From contig NC_135253.1 in NCBI RefSeq assembly GCF_964204865.1, positions 14,508,001 to 14,572,000 on the forward strand: DNA of 64,000 nucleotides, read 5' to 3'. The notes below the pieces were generated by a model, which saw nothing but the letters and a program-made list of their open reading frames with translations, had not been told where the DNA came from and did not search any database. Numbering within the stretch: the first letter of the stretch is position 1; the number at the start of each line of letters is the position of its first letter. Below are positions 49,111 to 63,200 of this stretch, one piece after another. The stretch is from Styela clava (lineage: Eukaryota). Both the position numbers and the translations under genes were made by a program.

Positions 49111-52006
49111 CTATAACCTTGTTCTGTTTGGAATGTGGTTGTTTCGTCGTCTTTTCATATGCTCTTCTTTGTCATTGCTAAAGTTGATGTTTGCTTAAAG
49201 CAAGACGGGTGCCCTCTACGTCCAAATATGGAAATATTATTGGCCAAAATGTTTATGCTCTGCGATAACAGACGCGCCAAAGAAAGTCACACGCGGATTC
49301 ATCGTTGTAATAAATTTGTACGAATATACATGACACGATTAAACTGCACAGGCAACAACGCACTAAAATTTATCGACGAAGAGCGTTATCCGCGGAAGAC
49401 TTACCACGAGTTGCGTCATCTCCGTGAATTGGAAAGGAGTCAAATATCGACCACGTGTTGGTTACGCTCCACTTAACAAATATGACGACGAGCTCTCGAT
49501 TTCAAATTACTTTCTTTCAAATTATCTTTCAGTATGAATGAAAAAATAATTGAATAAAAAATATTTTTTCAAATGCTTTCCATTAGACTGTAAATGGTAT
49601 TAAACATTAAAATACTAAACTGAATTAAAGCTTAGTTGAAAATCAACCAATTTTCATAATATAATAAACGATCACAGTAAGCCATCCACCAACCCCCCGT
49701 ATCGTGGCTAAAGATGTTAAATTGGTTCAATGCACTTTTACAATTCTATCATATCTTTCTCCAAAACGTCAGAGCGTTGTAATGTCTACCTGTCTGTGTG
49801 GATTCATGAGGAATCGTTATCGCCACAATGTTTCCTGTTGTTGTGCAGTCAGCAAGAGACGCTTCAACTCAGCATTAAATTTGTTGTATTGACGTTACGA
49901 GCATACGAAGCTGTGCCGACGTAATGCGTGATCGTACGCGTATGACATTTTTTCGAAAACTAGTTCAGACTGGCTCTGAAACGACTCGTGATGACACACG
50001 CTGTGGAACAACACAACAGCAGTCGATCGTGGTTCAATCAGTTATTAATGAGGGTTGTAGACTAGAGATACATAAAAATTATGAGTTAGTCCGATGTGAA
50101 TAAATATAGCCGATATGCTTCTGACATACAGTTATCACCTTTGTGTATTTGAGCTACAGGAGATTACTTTATGTCAATCATTTTAAATATTAAGTTAAAA
50201 TAACACTCTCCGTGTAAGATGAGCAGATGGCATGTTTTATCAATATATTTTCCACTATTCTAGTCTATAAACTCGAAATTAGTTCCATACATTTAGTGCT
50301 TTCTGATACGTTAGAATAAAATTCCATATTAGGAAGGCATGTGCCTAATATGGGAAATGGAAATAGATGGGTTGTGCGCAAACAATGCTCGAGGCGCACT
50401 TAACAAGAGAACTCTTTCATGTGGAACGTTAACGCGGAGGTAAATAATACAAGTTTTAACGAGTTTAAAACCATCCGGCGAGGAATATTTCGCAGGGTTA
50501 AAATGTACGAAATTTTACTCAAAGTGCGCTAAAGGCGACATTCAACACGGACACAATAGATCATACTAATATATCGAAAATATTCACTATTTCATCGTAC
50601 TGGAAAGTTTTTGAAAACAATTTCTATAAGCAGGATGAATATACGTAATGATCTGCGATACTCGACAATTAGATTTCCAATATTAAATTCAAAATTTACC
50701 CATTATTCGTCAAATTGAGTCGAAAGCGTATCTGGTGCACACGGAGGAAAACTCGTATGAGTTTTGTAGAAATCAAAATTTATACTGTGTCTCTGATCGA
50801 TTTTGATACTTAATTCGTCAATAATGTGAATTTAAACCATGAGATGTGCTTTTAAAATTACAAACGGTTCAAAAAAATGCGCTAAGTGATTCAATCAATT
50901 AAACGTAATGTTCTATGCCAGTTCAGACCCTTTCTCCGTACTCTACTCAAAAGAACTCACTTGCCAATGGGAGAAAACTGAGTTGCTGTCGTGATATTAT
51001 TTAATAAATAAAAGTCGCAGCTTGTTGAATGAGGGTAATTAAAAAGGTTAGGTGCTCGGAAAACGGACGACTGCTGCGTGCAGAAGCGTGCGTATTTAAT
51101 TTGGGTGTTAGAGTGGTGTGACCCTCTCAGTCTTAAAGAGTATCAAAAATAGAATTGGTGACACCTGGCCTTTTTGTCGTCATTTTTCTTCCTGAAAGTT
51201 TAAATTCGATTCGCAAGAACAACTAATTAACAAAACGATCCATAGATCCACTTGGTTGCCAAAATATATTTATCGTCGAAATTTATGTCTCGGATAAATC
51301 CGTGCATTGGCAATTTGCTATAGCATCAGAATTTACGGCTTTGGGTGTCTTTGATAAAACAACAATAACATTTTCAGGCGAAGAAAAGCAATATTATTAA
51401 CAAAATATAATTACGCAAACTAAGAGTGACTAATAATTCTCTTCACTTCGTTAATATTCGCATCACGCAACCTTAGTTACCCCAACTTCCCAACAGTTGG
51501 AAGTTCATGATTTTTGTTATCATTTTCTTTTTTCAGTATTTGCAAATTGCAATTGCGGTAGTCTGGTTCAATTAGCACAGATTATTTGATGATGATTAAT
51601 CTACTGTCTAGCGCAATTTATAATTAGACGCTCTAAAACTCGCGCATGGGTTCAGCGAAGAAGACTATATCTGACGAATTATTCGTACGTTATCGCGGAG
51701 GTGCGATTAATGTCATTAATGATATAGTCAGCATGTATAATCGTAATTGATCAGAATAGTGAGGTTTGCTGACTGTGTGATCTCAGAAAATTAGAAGACT
51801 CTTCGTGGCCTCAATTATAACTGATCGTCATCAGTTTCGAAGCGGCAACCGTAGGCTGAAATCTTGAAGCTAAATCTGCTAGATGGTCAAAGGTTGGAAA
51901 GCCACCAGTGAGTCGAGCAAGAATAGTGTGAAATGCATTTTGTAGACTTTCTATTACAATATCTACTTACTACCTATCTTACTTTATTTGCTCTTCTGCG
52001 TGTTAA

Positions 52007-52188
52007 GTACATTTGAACCGACGTACATTTGAACCCATGTGTATATCCGCGGGTTCAATCTATATGCGGGTGCTAAAACCCATGGGTTTGGGTTAGTTTG
52101 GGTTCAAATTCCCGTAAAACAAAAAAATGTCCATAGGTGCAATAGTATGCATAGATGCAATTGTCGTGGGTTCAAATGTAATGGAACC
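52007..52188. mobile_element. MULE-like MITE, 5'-truncated copy
   Basis: Same family as 13529-13731. Confidence 0.78.
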
Positions 52189-52997
52189 CAATTATAGGCT
52201 ATCTTCCAGCACAACATCGAGCCGGATTTTCTAGCATTCAGCGCCGTCCATGTGGTTTATTATGGTGAGGCATGTGGTGCAGTGCGAATTGATGACGACA
52301 TTGCGTAGTTTAGTCTACTTTAAAATGGACTTCATAAATTTGCGGAGCCAACCGTCTGTAATCGTTAACGATCTGTTACGAGTTCGCGTACCCTTATTAA
52401 ATGTATCCTGGCCGATGTTGTGCGGTCATTGTTGTAAGGTTGTATTGCATTGTGCAATATATAGCCTACAGATTGTGCGTATATATTTACATATTTTATA
52501 ATATTTCAAGTCATTGCAAAATTTCAAATCTTTTGAAAAGACTATAAGGTTGACTTGAAACTATTTTGGAGCTTCTGGGAATTGATATTTCTTTGGATGG
52601 GAGGTCAGCTAAATTTAACGGAAGTACGGTGTTCTTCCTGGAATGCGCACCTCCGTATATTCACGCCCTTTATCGGTGGCAGAATACACTAGTGCGGTTT
52701 GTTTGAGTTACTCGTACCGTAGTGGCAAATACTTTGAACTAGATTTTAGCACTGAGTTCAGTTATAGCGACCGAAACCGACAGATGTTCCATTCAATTTA
52801 TTCCTACAACGCGAAACAAGATTAAATAAGTGTGATGAAGTTAGATAGATTTGAACATCATTAGGTTATAAAATTATCCACTCCGTAAGTCTAGGATCGG
52901 ATAATTTTCTCATATTAACACTGCAATAATAAACATGTGGAAATAACGTTATATGGTTTTTAACAGTGTATCGTATAATTAGAAGGATTGTGCCGAG

Positions 52998-55900
52998 ATG
53001 GAAAAAGAGACAAATGGTGGCACTAACTCACCAAATGGTAAAGACAAACTTTTGAACGGAAAAGGTCCAGAGGAAAGTAATAATGAACTGGAACTGGGTG
53101 GAAGTCAAGAGTCTGTGCGTCTCAAACGAGAGGTAAGTCAAACTGACTACAAGTTAAGTAACTGAAAAGCTTCTTCATTTATTTTAGTTTCAATGATTTA
53201 TCTGTGTCGATATTGTCGGCTTGAGGCAAAACTGCACGATGCATGTGTATCGCCTGATATGAAGTAAAGAGAATTTTTAGTGGAATGACCTTCATTGACC
53301 CATGTGCAAGTTTGTCTGTATGTTTAATCGCCTGTAGTCATGGATGACTCAGGCCAATAAAATAGGCTGGAAAAGTCAATATACCTATGATTTATTATCG
53401 TTTATACTATTCTATTATACTGAAAATTTTGCTAAGCTGACGACTTTACCTATGTTTGCATTCAATCTTGGTTAGGAATTAAAATGACGTAACTACGTTT
53501 TTTAACACCTGCTCGATATTAACCCTGACAACTGCTGAGATTGGTGTTTAATAAAATCTATATGTGATTCAAATGTTGTTCATAGCAAATTTTTCACACA
53601 TTTATAATTGTCGGTGACCGTACATTCGAACCCACGTACATTTGAACCCATGTGTATATTCGCGGGTTCAATCTATATGCGGGTGCTAAACCCATGGGTT
53701 AGGGTTAGTATGGGTTCAAATATCCGTAAAACAACAAAAATTTCCATAGGTACAATAGTATGCCGGTGCAATCGTCGTGGGTTCAAATGTAATGGAACCA
53801 TAATTGTCATCGTGTCAAAAATTTGTATCACACTCTGGCACTTCTACCTACCTTAACTCGCATTATCATGGTCGTTTCACACCAGGTATTGAATTATCTT
53901 ATCGACATTTGTATTAATAATGTTCTGTTTGCTTTAAAGGTAACGCTCTTGGGAGGAATTTCAGTCATTGTGGGTTCAATGATTGGGAGTGGAATATTCA
54001 TATCACCGGTCGGAGTTCTGAAAAATGTTGGGTCGGTTGGTGCAAGTTTGATAGTATGGTTGTGTTGCGGACTTGTAGCTACATGTGGTACGTTTCGTTG
54101 GAAAATTTATACCTTTTTATGAAATACTTCCAATAATTGATGGAGTGCTTTCGAATTCCAGGATATGTTCTACTTGTTATGGCTCCTCTTGAGCATGTAT
54201 TGTGTATTTGGTATTAATATCACCATAACGAGCGAATGCAAGCAAAATGAAATTAGAAATAATACGTTTTGATACCGGTTGAATCTGGTTGCTGCGCGTT
54301 TGACAGAGTAAAGTTTTTATGGCATTGATGTTGTCGCGTCACCGTCTGAACTACGATAACACGTATATTTGCTGATTTGTACAATGTTTAATGCTTCCCA
54401 CATTCATTACTTTTATCAGGTTCGCTGACATATGCAGAACTAGGGACAATGATACCGAAGTCAGGTGCTGAGTATCCATATTTGCTCGAAGCATTCGGCC
54501 CAATCCCTGCATTTTTGTTTGTGTGGACCTCATCAATAGTGTTAAAACCGTCTGCGGTCGGAATCATCGGTGAGTATCTTAACGCTAAAGTTTTCGAGAA
54601 AATATGCTCTTTGCCTTGGCACCCCTATTTGGAAGCCTCGATTTAAATTATTTGAACGAAAAAATGAAATTTTGCCAACATGTCTTTGAAGCCTTATCTT
54701 ATACACTTCATCAACACAGATATTCTACCGATATTAAATATATTATTAGATATATTAAATTCCGGATACCAGATCAGCATCGTGGTTCTTAATTGGACAC
54801 GAAAATTTATTTGAAAATTCGTTTTTCAAACTAACAAAAAAGTGGTTTGGGTAAACGTTCACTTTGTTATTACAGGATTAGTTTTCGGGGAATACCTCAT
54901 CCGACCGTTCTTTCCAAATTGTGATGAAATACCAACATTGGCAATCAAACTTGCCAGCGCGTGTTGCATTTGTAAGTATTTTTGATGTTGTAATTAATGT
55001 ATATTGTTATCTATGTACTTGAAGGTAACTTTTCCTAAATGTATTTCTTATAGCCCGCCAAATTTACGGAAGATAATACGGTTTATTATGCACGCTTCAA
55101 AATTTGCAAAATGTTGGGTCATAATACTATGGATTTAATAATATTCAATTAGGTAGTGTATAAGAGTTAGCTCGAATTAATCATGTAAAATGTTATCGAA
55201 TACTGTTTCGCTAATCGTTGTCAAAACGCGGCGTTTTTTGTCGGATTAATTCCCTGCAACAGAGTTCGAAGTTTATCATTTGTCAATGTTATAACATTTG
55301 TCTTAAACTTCAGGTTTGGTTACCTTCATCAACTGCTACAGTATGAAAGTAGCGCAGGGAATGCAGATTGTTTTCACGATAGCAAAAATTGGAGCTTTGG
55401 GTGTGATTATTGTAGCTGGAGCGGTGGCTCTCGGATTGGGTAAGATAAATTATGCAATAGGTGCTCCTGAAGTATGCGCACCAAGATGTCGCATAACCTG
55501 AACCCTAACCTGGTACACATACTAAGTTCAGGTTGTGCGCCATTTTGGTGTGCATACTTCAGGAGGTCCATGCAATATTATTATGATACAATAATTCCCA
55601 CACATTTCTGAAATTTTCCAAATATAAATAATATTTTGACCGGGGGGACCAAATCAAACCTATGTTCAAATTTGGAAGTAAAGCTTAAAAGTTTTAATGC
55701 GCGTTGCCTCGTGAAAACCCTTGGTGTAATCACTTTGGCACAGTTTGGCGAATGTTCCATTTTCCCGTGTGCATATGCATACTTTAATATCAGTTCCTAA
55801 AAGTGTTTCTGATCTTTGTCACTTTTGCTACCCTTCGAAATATAGATTATGGAATTTTTATTAACCCATATATAATCAATACAATATTGGTATAAATATA

Positions 55901-58900
55901 CGTCCAATGTTTTTCGATATCAATCTGTTAATACATTTATAGTCGATAGGAAGTTTCCGCATTTCTTATTCGGTCCTGATCGGTTTCGATTGAGAAAAAA
56001 ACTTGAAAATTCAAATTTATTCAAATTCTATTTTTCGTATATAATTTCTTTTGTAAAATAGTGACCTTACCTATTCCAACCTATTCTTTATTAACCCTGT
56101 TCATCAAAATATTACACATTTAGGTACTCATGTAGTATGTGAACCATACTACGGACACCGGAACGTAGTATGTGTACCAGGTCAAGGTTAGGTCATAATT
56201 TCAGGTACAAATACTACGGGAGTCACTTGGCCAATCCCCGAACTCGTAATAGAACTAAAATAAGGAAAATTAGAATGAAATTATGTCCCAATCCCAACCT
56301 ATACACTACGTTCCGATGTTCGTCATCTTGGTGCACATACTACGGAAGCACCCAAATTTGTGGGTAACTTCAAGGCATATATATCTGTCGGGGCTATATT
56401 TATCTGTGTCATCGTGATCTTGTTTTCTACTTATCGTTTTACATCAAAGTGACAAATGTCTTAGTGTGTGATAAATGTGAGCAATCAGAAACATTCATTT
56501 GGATGGGAAGCATACAGAAGTAGACCAGAGCACAACCTTCCCAATTTTATGTATTTAAATAAAATAATACATCCAAAGCCCCAACTTCGCTTATGCTGTC
56601 ATCTTCATAGACAAACTATAATCGCATCGCTATACAGACGTTTCAAGTGTGCACTCAGTTAACCCTTATATATTACAGTCAAATAAGCACTCATTGTATA
56701 TTTAAGAATATTCAGTTACAATCAGATCAACCTGATGTAAGCATTCGAATCGATTGTGTATTTATACTGAGCCCATCTCTGATTTCTTGTAAAGATTTTC
56801 ATCAACACCTATCCGTCATAATATTATCTGTTATTCAGGATACACAGACAACATGGAAACAGCGTTTTCGAGCGAGATGAAATTTTCAACAATAGGGACT
56901 GCTTTTTATCAAGGATTATGGGCGTTTGATGGGTGGAACCAGTTGAATTACATAACGGAGGAGCTTCAGAACCCTTATGTGTATGGAAGTTTGTTTTGAT
57001 ACTGTTTCTTTTTAAATGAATACATACTTATAACATTGAATCATAACGAATCAAATCAATATCACACTTACTAATAAAGTGAAGTTAATACGATATTTTA
57101 ATTTGGTCAAATATTAAACTCGCGGAAGCATTTTCTAATATATTTCGAAATCATACCTGAATGAACTGATTCCTATTTGCCTATTCCCTCAGACACTATA
57201 GAAATGCTGAGACGGATAACCGGCCACGGACGACGCTGTGTGGTTCACTGTGTTATAATCTGCTTAATGTGTTTTTATTTCCTGATTTAATATGAAATTA
57301 CGTTTTCGTTACTTACTACGTATCAGTTTAGAATCTTTGAGAGGGTAGCAAACATTTTCTTTTTTGTTTTACTCATCCTGACATATTTGTATGAATACCT
57401 AAATAATTTATCCGGTGGATATTTTGTGGTGAAAACAAAATAAAGCTTCTACAAAAATGCCTTGACTTCAGTATGTCGAAGATAAACCAAATTTAATAAG
57501 ATGTTCGACAAAGGCCTGGTAACATAATTTTATTATTATTACATATACACAGAAATCTTCCTCGTGCTATTATGATTGGAATTCCTTTTGTTACTGGAAT
57601 TTATCTTCTGACGAACATTGCGTATTGTTCAGCGTTGACAATGGTTGAACTCTTGGGTTCAAGGGCAGTTGCGGTGGTAAGTCGTTGCTTCGAATAGAAA
57701 TGTACTGACAATTACTTTTACCTACAGCGACATAACAACATAGCCTTCATATATTAGATAAAATACTAGTATCGATTGCTGGTTCCCGGTTTGTAGTAAT
57801 TGTGGTCGCCAATTGCCTGGTTTTATTGGCAAGAGTGGATTTGTCACTCCCATGTGACGGCGACCTTGTTTTATTCTCTATATTACAATCGCGATTTGGA
57901 AGGCTCACGGACAAGAATTTTGCACACAACTGGCGATTTGCACAAGTCCCCGCCTCCAACCTCGCGAACTATTCAAAATTTCGAATATATTTGGCAAATT
58001 CTTGATGGTATCAGGCATTCCCGCACATTTTTACTTTTTATTCATTACCACTTTTGACCACGAGATGTATTTTTGCAGACGTTCGGCATAAAAATGCTTG
58101 GAGTTATGTCATGGGTAATTCCGCTTGGTGTCGCTATATCAACATTCGGCGGAGTAAATGGATACACGATAACTGGACCCAGGTAAAGCCGAACATTAGT
58201 AATTTGATTTGCCTCAAGCCTCTCCTCAAACGGCATCTACCGTATATAGCAGGGGTTGGCAAGGTTTTTGGACCAGGGGCCAAAAATTTTGCCCACTTAG
58301 ACTGGCGGGCCATGTTAGCGTGACGTAAAATGTTACATTCTATTAACAAAATTTACAGTGTTTCAAAAGCAAAAGTGGAAATCAATAAATCTTGTACCAA
58401 AATTAAATTTAATCGCAATCTCAACAAATTCCTTTAGCTATATTTTAGCTAAAACATTAAAATTTGGGTTTATTTTGGTTGTTGCAGCATCAGGCGGGCC
58501 AGTTTGAATTATACAGCATTTTTCGCGAATGTATTTTCGATGATGGTTACAGATTTATACATATAAATGAGGTATGAACCACTCCACAAAAGCTCTTTAA
58601 GTTGAAGTACGAGCGCAGGTAGCCCAAACCTTAATTTTGGTGAGAGATATTACGAGGTGACACTTGTACATTATAAATATAAATTACATGCATTCCATAG
58701 TGCTATGTCAATGACTAGTGTGAACCAGTTATTAAACTATTTCGATCTGTTTTCAGAATTATATACAGCGCCGCAAGGAACGGACATACTCCAGATATTT
58801 TGGCAATGGTCAACGTGAAGCGAATTACTCCAGTACCAGCAATTTTATTTAATGTATGCTATTATTATTTGTTTTATCAAGAACATTCATTTGACATACT

Positions 58901-59968
58901 TGATTCTGAATAGAACTGACCAAATCATTCATGTAAATTTGAGCATGGAAAATGAAAGTACAACAAATCTATATGTAATATTGACAGTAGGTATATCCAT
59001 TTTTGAAATGCCTTGTTGGCAAGGACTTTATGGCACTATTGCCGATAAAGCTGAGGTATAATAAAATGCCTTCCACTGGAATAATATAACTTTCTAATAT
59101 GTGTTTCACTATTCCAAAGCAACTGCAAAATCGCATGGATTCTACGCTAATGTTTTTTTTTTGTTCATTTCCATTTTCAGTCTTTGATCGCCATCTTGGT
59201 TACCATTCCTAATGACTTCGATTCACTCGTGAATTATTTTTCGTTTGCAATGTGGCTTTTCCATGGAAGTTCTGCTGTTGCTTTACTCTACATGAGATGG
59301 AAGATGCCAGATCGCGCTCGCCCTTACAAAGTAAGTCTATTCCCTTTTTTTGCTCGTGCTTTATGCTTAGAAATGTATTTACTTGAGATAAAGTAAAACT
59401 CTCACTTTTATCAGTGATATTTTGTTTTGGAAATCCATTTCCACCTTTACAACTACATTTGTTTTTATCATCTCAGGTTCCTGTTTTCGTCCCAATACTT
59501 GTTGTAATTTTTGCAACTTTTCTGGTTTTTTATCCTATCGTATCGAATCCTGCCTGGGAATATTTCTACGCAGCTTTGTTCATTGTCAGTGGACTAATAT
59601 TCTATTTTCCATTTATTTACTATAAAGTAAAAGTACCTTGTTCAGGTAAGTTGTTGTTTGAATAATTTATAAATACTTATTCTATTTGAATAATTTTGCG
59701 TAGAGTAAAATCTCCAAATATACTGTACGTTATTACCTAACATTAGTCGCCTAGGCTGGACTGCATTTCACGTGTTCTGCCTTATTCTATGGTAAAAGAT
59801 AAATTGTTAGAGCGTTTCAATGTGTGGATTTGCTGTTTCGTACGTCACAGTGATTTTACTGATTTTCAAGCATTCTAACAAGCCATTTCTTTTGCAGCGT
59901 ACGTTACGCGAATTCTCCAGAAGATACTGATGGTTGTCCCTTCAGCCGAAACCTCAAAAATTTCATAA
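52998..59968 (+). CDS. SLC7A9: SLC7 heteromeric amino-acid transporter light chain, b(0,+)AT/SLC7A9-like (12 coding exons, ~503 aa)
   Basis: Exons 52998-53132, 53940-54087, 54420-54569, 54876-54971, 55314-55439, 56839-56980, 57553-57676, 58079-58182, 58757-58853, 59181-59330, 59477-59645 and 59898-59968; frame continuous over 1512 nt. Motifs [33 protein letters not shown] (heavy-chain disulphide Cys), [23 protein letters not shown] and LVNYFSFA. Exact orthology needs a tree. Confidence 0.88.
53613..53799. mobile_element. MULE-like MITE (9-bp TSD) in SLC7 intron
   Basis: Perfect TSD ATAATTGTC; same family as 13529-13731. Confidence 0.87.
55460..55569. mobile_element. Complete palindromic MITE in SLC7 intron
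   Basis: TIRs CTCCTGAAGTATGCGCACCAA / TTGGTGTGCATACTTCAGGAG; flanking direct repeat ATGCAATA. Confidence 0.85.
56123..56353. mobile_element. Related MITE in SLC7 intron
   Basis: Ends GTAGTATGTGAACCA / TGGTGCACATACTAC resemble the 55460 family; shares the internal TGTGTACCAGGT motif. Confidence 0.6.
58250..58510. mobile_element. hAT-type MITE, 3'-truncated (family of 24946)
   Basis: Starts CAGGGGTTGGCAAGG; body colinear with 24946-25130. Confidence 0.78.
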
Positions 59969-60808
59969 AAGAATATTTCAACTAATACATATTCACATAA
60001 TACGATATTGCATACCTAACTGAAGCGTTTCGTGTAATGAAAAATTGCAATAACGATTGTAAACTATGTTTATTTTTGGAAAAATAGATTTCCTCCACTT
60101 AGAGCAGACACTGTGCCATGTGCTGCATTTTGAACTCCGTTGAAGAAGTTCGTTTTAAGCCTAAATTTTTTCTACATATGTGTGTTGCATCTCATTCTGA
60201 AGCCTCATATTTTACCACATAAAAGTGCCAGAAAAAAATGTTATTCTCGTTGCTGTTTATTTTTTCTAATCTAAGTGTATCAAATACTTTTAGGTTTTCA
60301 GTTATGCCTGGTTCAAATCTAGTACGGAAGCTAGTATGGAATTTATTTTTTGACCTACATATGTCTAGGTAATTTTGCCCCGTTATATCTGTAAAGCACT
60401 CGCAATTGGCGGATATGCAGATTCATTGGAATCCAATGGTAACTGCAATGTCCTAATCACTTTTATGCATATTGCTATTGTAGGATATTTGCTTAGCTTG
60501 CCTGCTAGTCACTGTTTGCTTGCTATTTATGTCGGTGGATTCGTACACCTAAAATTGTGTCACAGTCATGCATAAAGTGAATGTCCAAGAGGAACCAAAA
60601 TTCTGCTGAACTACGTGCGTAATTGCTGGAATACGCCTGCCGCCAGTCCAAGGCGGGCGTAATTATCATCATGGAGTTGTGTTTTCGGAAATGAATCAAA
60701 ACAATACTGGTCAACTGAAGCAAGACCGGATTTGTACCATATGTCACAATAAAGAAGCGATTGTACTTTTATCTTACTGTTTTAAATATATTCGATGTTG
60801 GTGACGAC

Positions 60809-62552
60809 TAGGCTTGCACGTAATTGACAAAAATCAATTCCGTAATTACGGCCAAATCGATTACGTAATGACCCCGTAATTGCGATATTTTTTCACACAT
60901 TTAAACCTATCATAACAACCAATTGAATCCACTTCATTTTCGATTGGGACATCGAGTTTGGGTTTTCATATTCCTGGCAGTACTACACGCCGGGGACAGA
61001 TGTTAAGACAAGAGTGAATTCAAATTAATTTTATTCTGAATGTTATCTTTTGTGCTAGCTTTGATTTCCTTTATCACCTTCGCAAATTAACCGTCCCAAT
61101 TTTATGCGATCAATTTTATCATTACCGACACTGGTATACGGATATTTATGAAACGATAGTTGACTTTTTTGAAATCGTATTCGAAAAAATGTCGGGTTTC
61201 CAATTTATCAATGCCATGACGAGCGTATTCTCTCGTTTGATTATACTTGCTCTTGCCTCGCGACGAAGACTTGTTATTGCACCGTTTTTAACATTATTCG
61301 ACTTTACTACCTAGTCAGCATTTTATAATAATTATTGATGCCGACTTATTGACGTTATTCCGATTACCATGCTTCATTTTACATTAAATCATGTCGCGGC
61401 CTAAATGTTGTAACATTATTTGCAACAAATTTAGATCAAATATTAATTATTTGCGCATAATTTAAATAACGTACTTATATGATATGGCTTTTCCGAAAAT
61501 ACAAAGTTATATCGCAAAAAAATGCATATTGTGACATTTATTTTGCACGCACGAAAAAGTTAACTTATTTTTCTAACTCAAGTCGACGATCCTATCGGCC
61601 AAGATTGACACAAATTTGGTCGAGTGTCGGTGGTTTTCAAGAATCAAAATAAGTTGCCGCATTTGGTAAAGACAGTTAATCATATTTGGCCGAAATATTG
61701 CGAGGCATTGTGGAAAATATATTGAGCAAGGACAAGTCCGGACTGATATAAAACGATAAAACCGGTAACAGAACATCAAGGTTTTGTAATTGAAAATGGT
61801 TCTCGCACAGAATAAACACACTGGCTCATACTTGATATTTGATAGTAGTTAAATTGAGAATATTGAACTGTTAAAAACAAAAAAAACGATCGTCGAAATT
61901 CGTAAATCTCGTTGCCTTGGTTAAATATAATCCAATGATCAGGACATTTTCAATTAAATACTGCATAAAGATAGTTATACATTAAACATTTAGGCTACAC
62001 TTTAGCTTTTTTTTTTTAATTTCAATCATTGTGGTGGGAAAATCCCACTATTTAAATACGGTAACTATAAAAATAGAATAGGATTCTGGATTCGATTTAA
62101 GCATTCTAAAACAGTGCTTCCCAACCGCCGGTCCGCGGACCGTCAACGGTCCGCAAAGGATTTTTACCGGATCGCGGGAAATCCCGTCATAATGTTGTTT
62201 CTCTGCCGTCTTAATCGCTTTACCGATGCCGAAAAGACGAAGTTGCGTTGGTTCATTACGCAATTTCTCTTCCGTCGTCATATTGCTGTTTGATAAGCGC
62301 GACATTAATTATCACGGTGACGTATTGGCAAGAGAGAGAAAAGTGAGAAAAACGGCTGCAAATACCGAAGCTTTAACTTCTTTTTAAACTTTCACTTTTT
62401 ACAATCGACGGAATTGACTGCTTTGAAGAGAGCTCGTTTCAATCGCGAAAGCGCTCGACCAATAATTACGACTTTACGTAATTCGTAACTTCCCTTCCGT
62501 AATTCGAAATAATTCCGTAATTCCGTAAATCTGTAAATTACGTGCAAGCCTA
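60809..62552. mobile_element. Non-autonomous hAT-like element, 1.74 kb
   Basis: Perfect TIRs TAGGCTTGCACGTAATT / AATTACGTGCAAGCCTA; perfect 8-bp TSD GTGACGAC; CGTAAT subterminal repeats. It contains another hAT-like end, CAGTGCTTCCCAACC, at ~62112. Confidence 0.9.
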
Positions 62553-63104
62553 GTGACGACTATTACTGAGTGAACCAGGAGTAGTGTAAGAGTTATGCGA
62601 ATATTGTGTGAGCTCCCGTTGTGTTGTTTTAAAATTTGCACATTATAATGATAGTCCGGATTGATGTCCTATATCGCGCTCATATTTCACATTTAATGTT
62701 GTTCCACATTTCTAAGCCGGAATTCCATACTCTTATAAATGGAGCTTCACGAGTTGAAATTTTCAACGAAAACTGAAAATCGTGGCTACAATTTTTCCGA
62801 CTTCAGTCACGATGTCTACATCAGGGGTCGACACGGGCAATCGGTTTTGTGAACCACAATTCTTTACCCTGGGTTTTTTAAGAGCGTGATAATTCGAAGT
62901 TGTTGCAGAACATGTCATCTGATTGTCTGACAACCTCGTATTACTGAGATACCATTCAACATTCGCCCATGGAAATTTCTATGCCTTGCTTTCTCGTGGC
63001 GTACTAAGCACGTGTTTTTTTTGCTTTATGACTAATCTAGCCCTAGTCCCACCCTTTGTGATTCTTATATATATCTTTGAAAATTCAAATTCTTTACTTC
63101 TAAC

Positions 63105-63200
63105 TAGAGAAGTATCGGTATCGGCAATATCGGCCATTTTTTTGGTATCGGCCATGTATCTGTATCGGTTAGATTAAGGCCGATATTGCCGATATATTTA
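63105..63200. repeat. TATCGG/CCGATA-rich transposon end fragment
   Basis: GTATCGGTATCGGCAATATCGGCC...GGCCGATATTGCCGATA palindromic array; a similar tract is at ~48120-48172. Confidence 0.5.
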
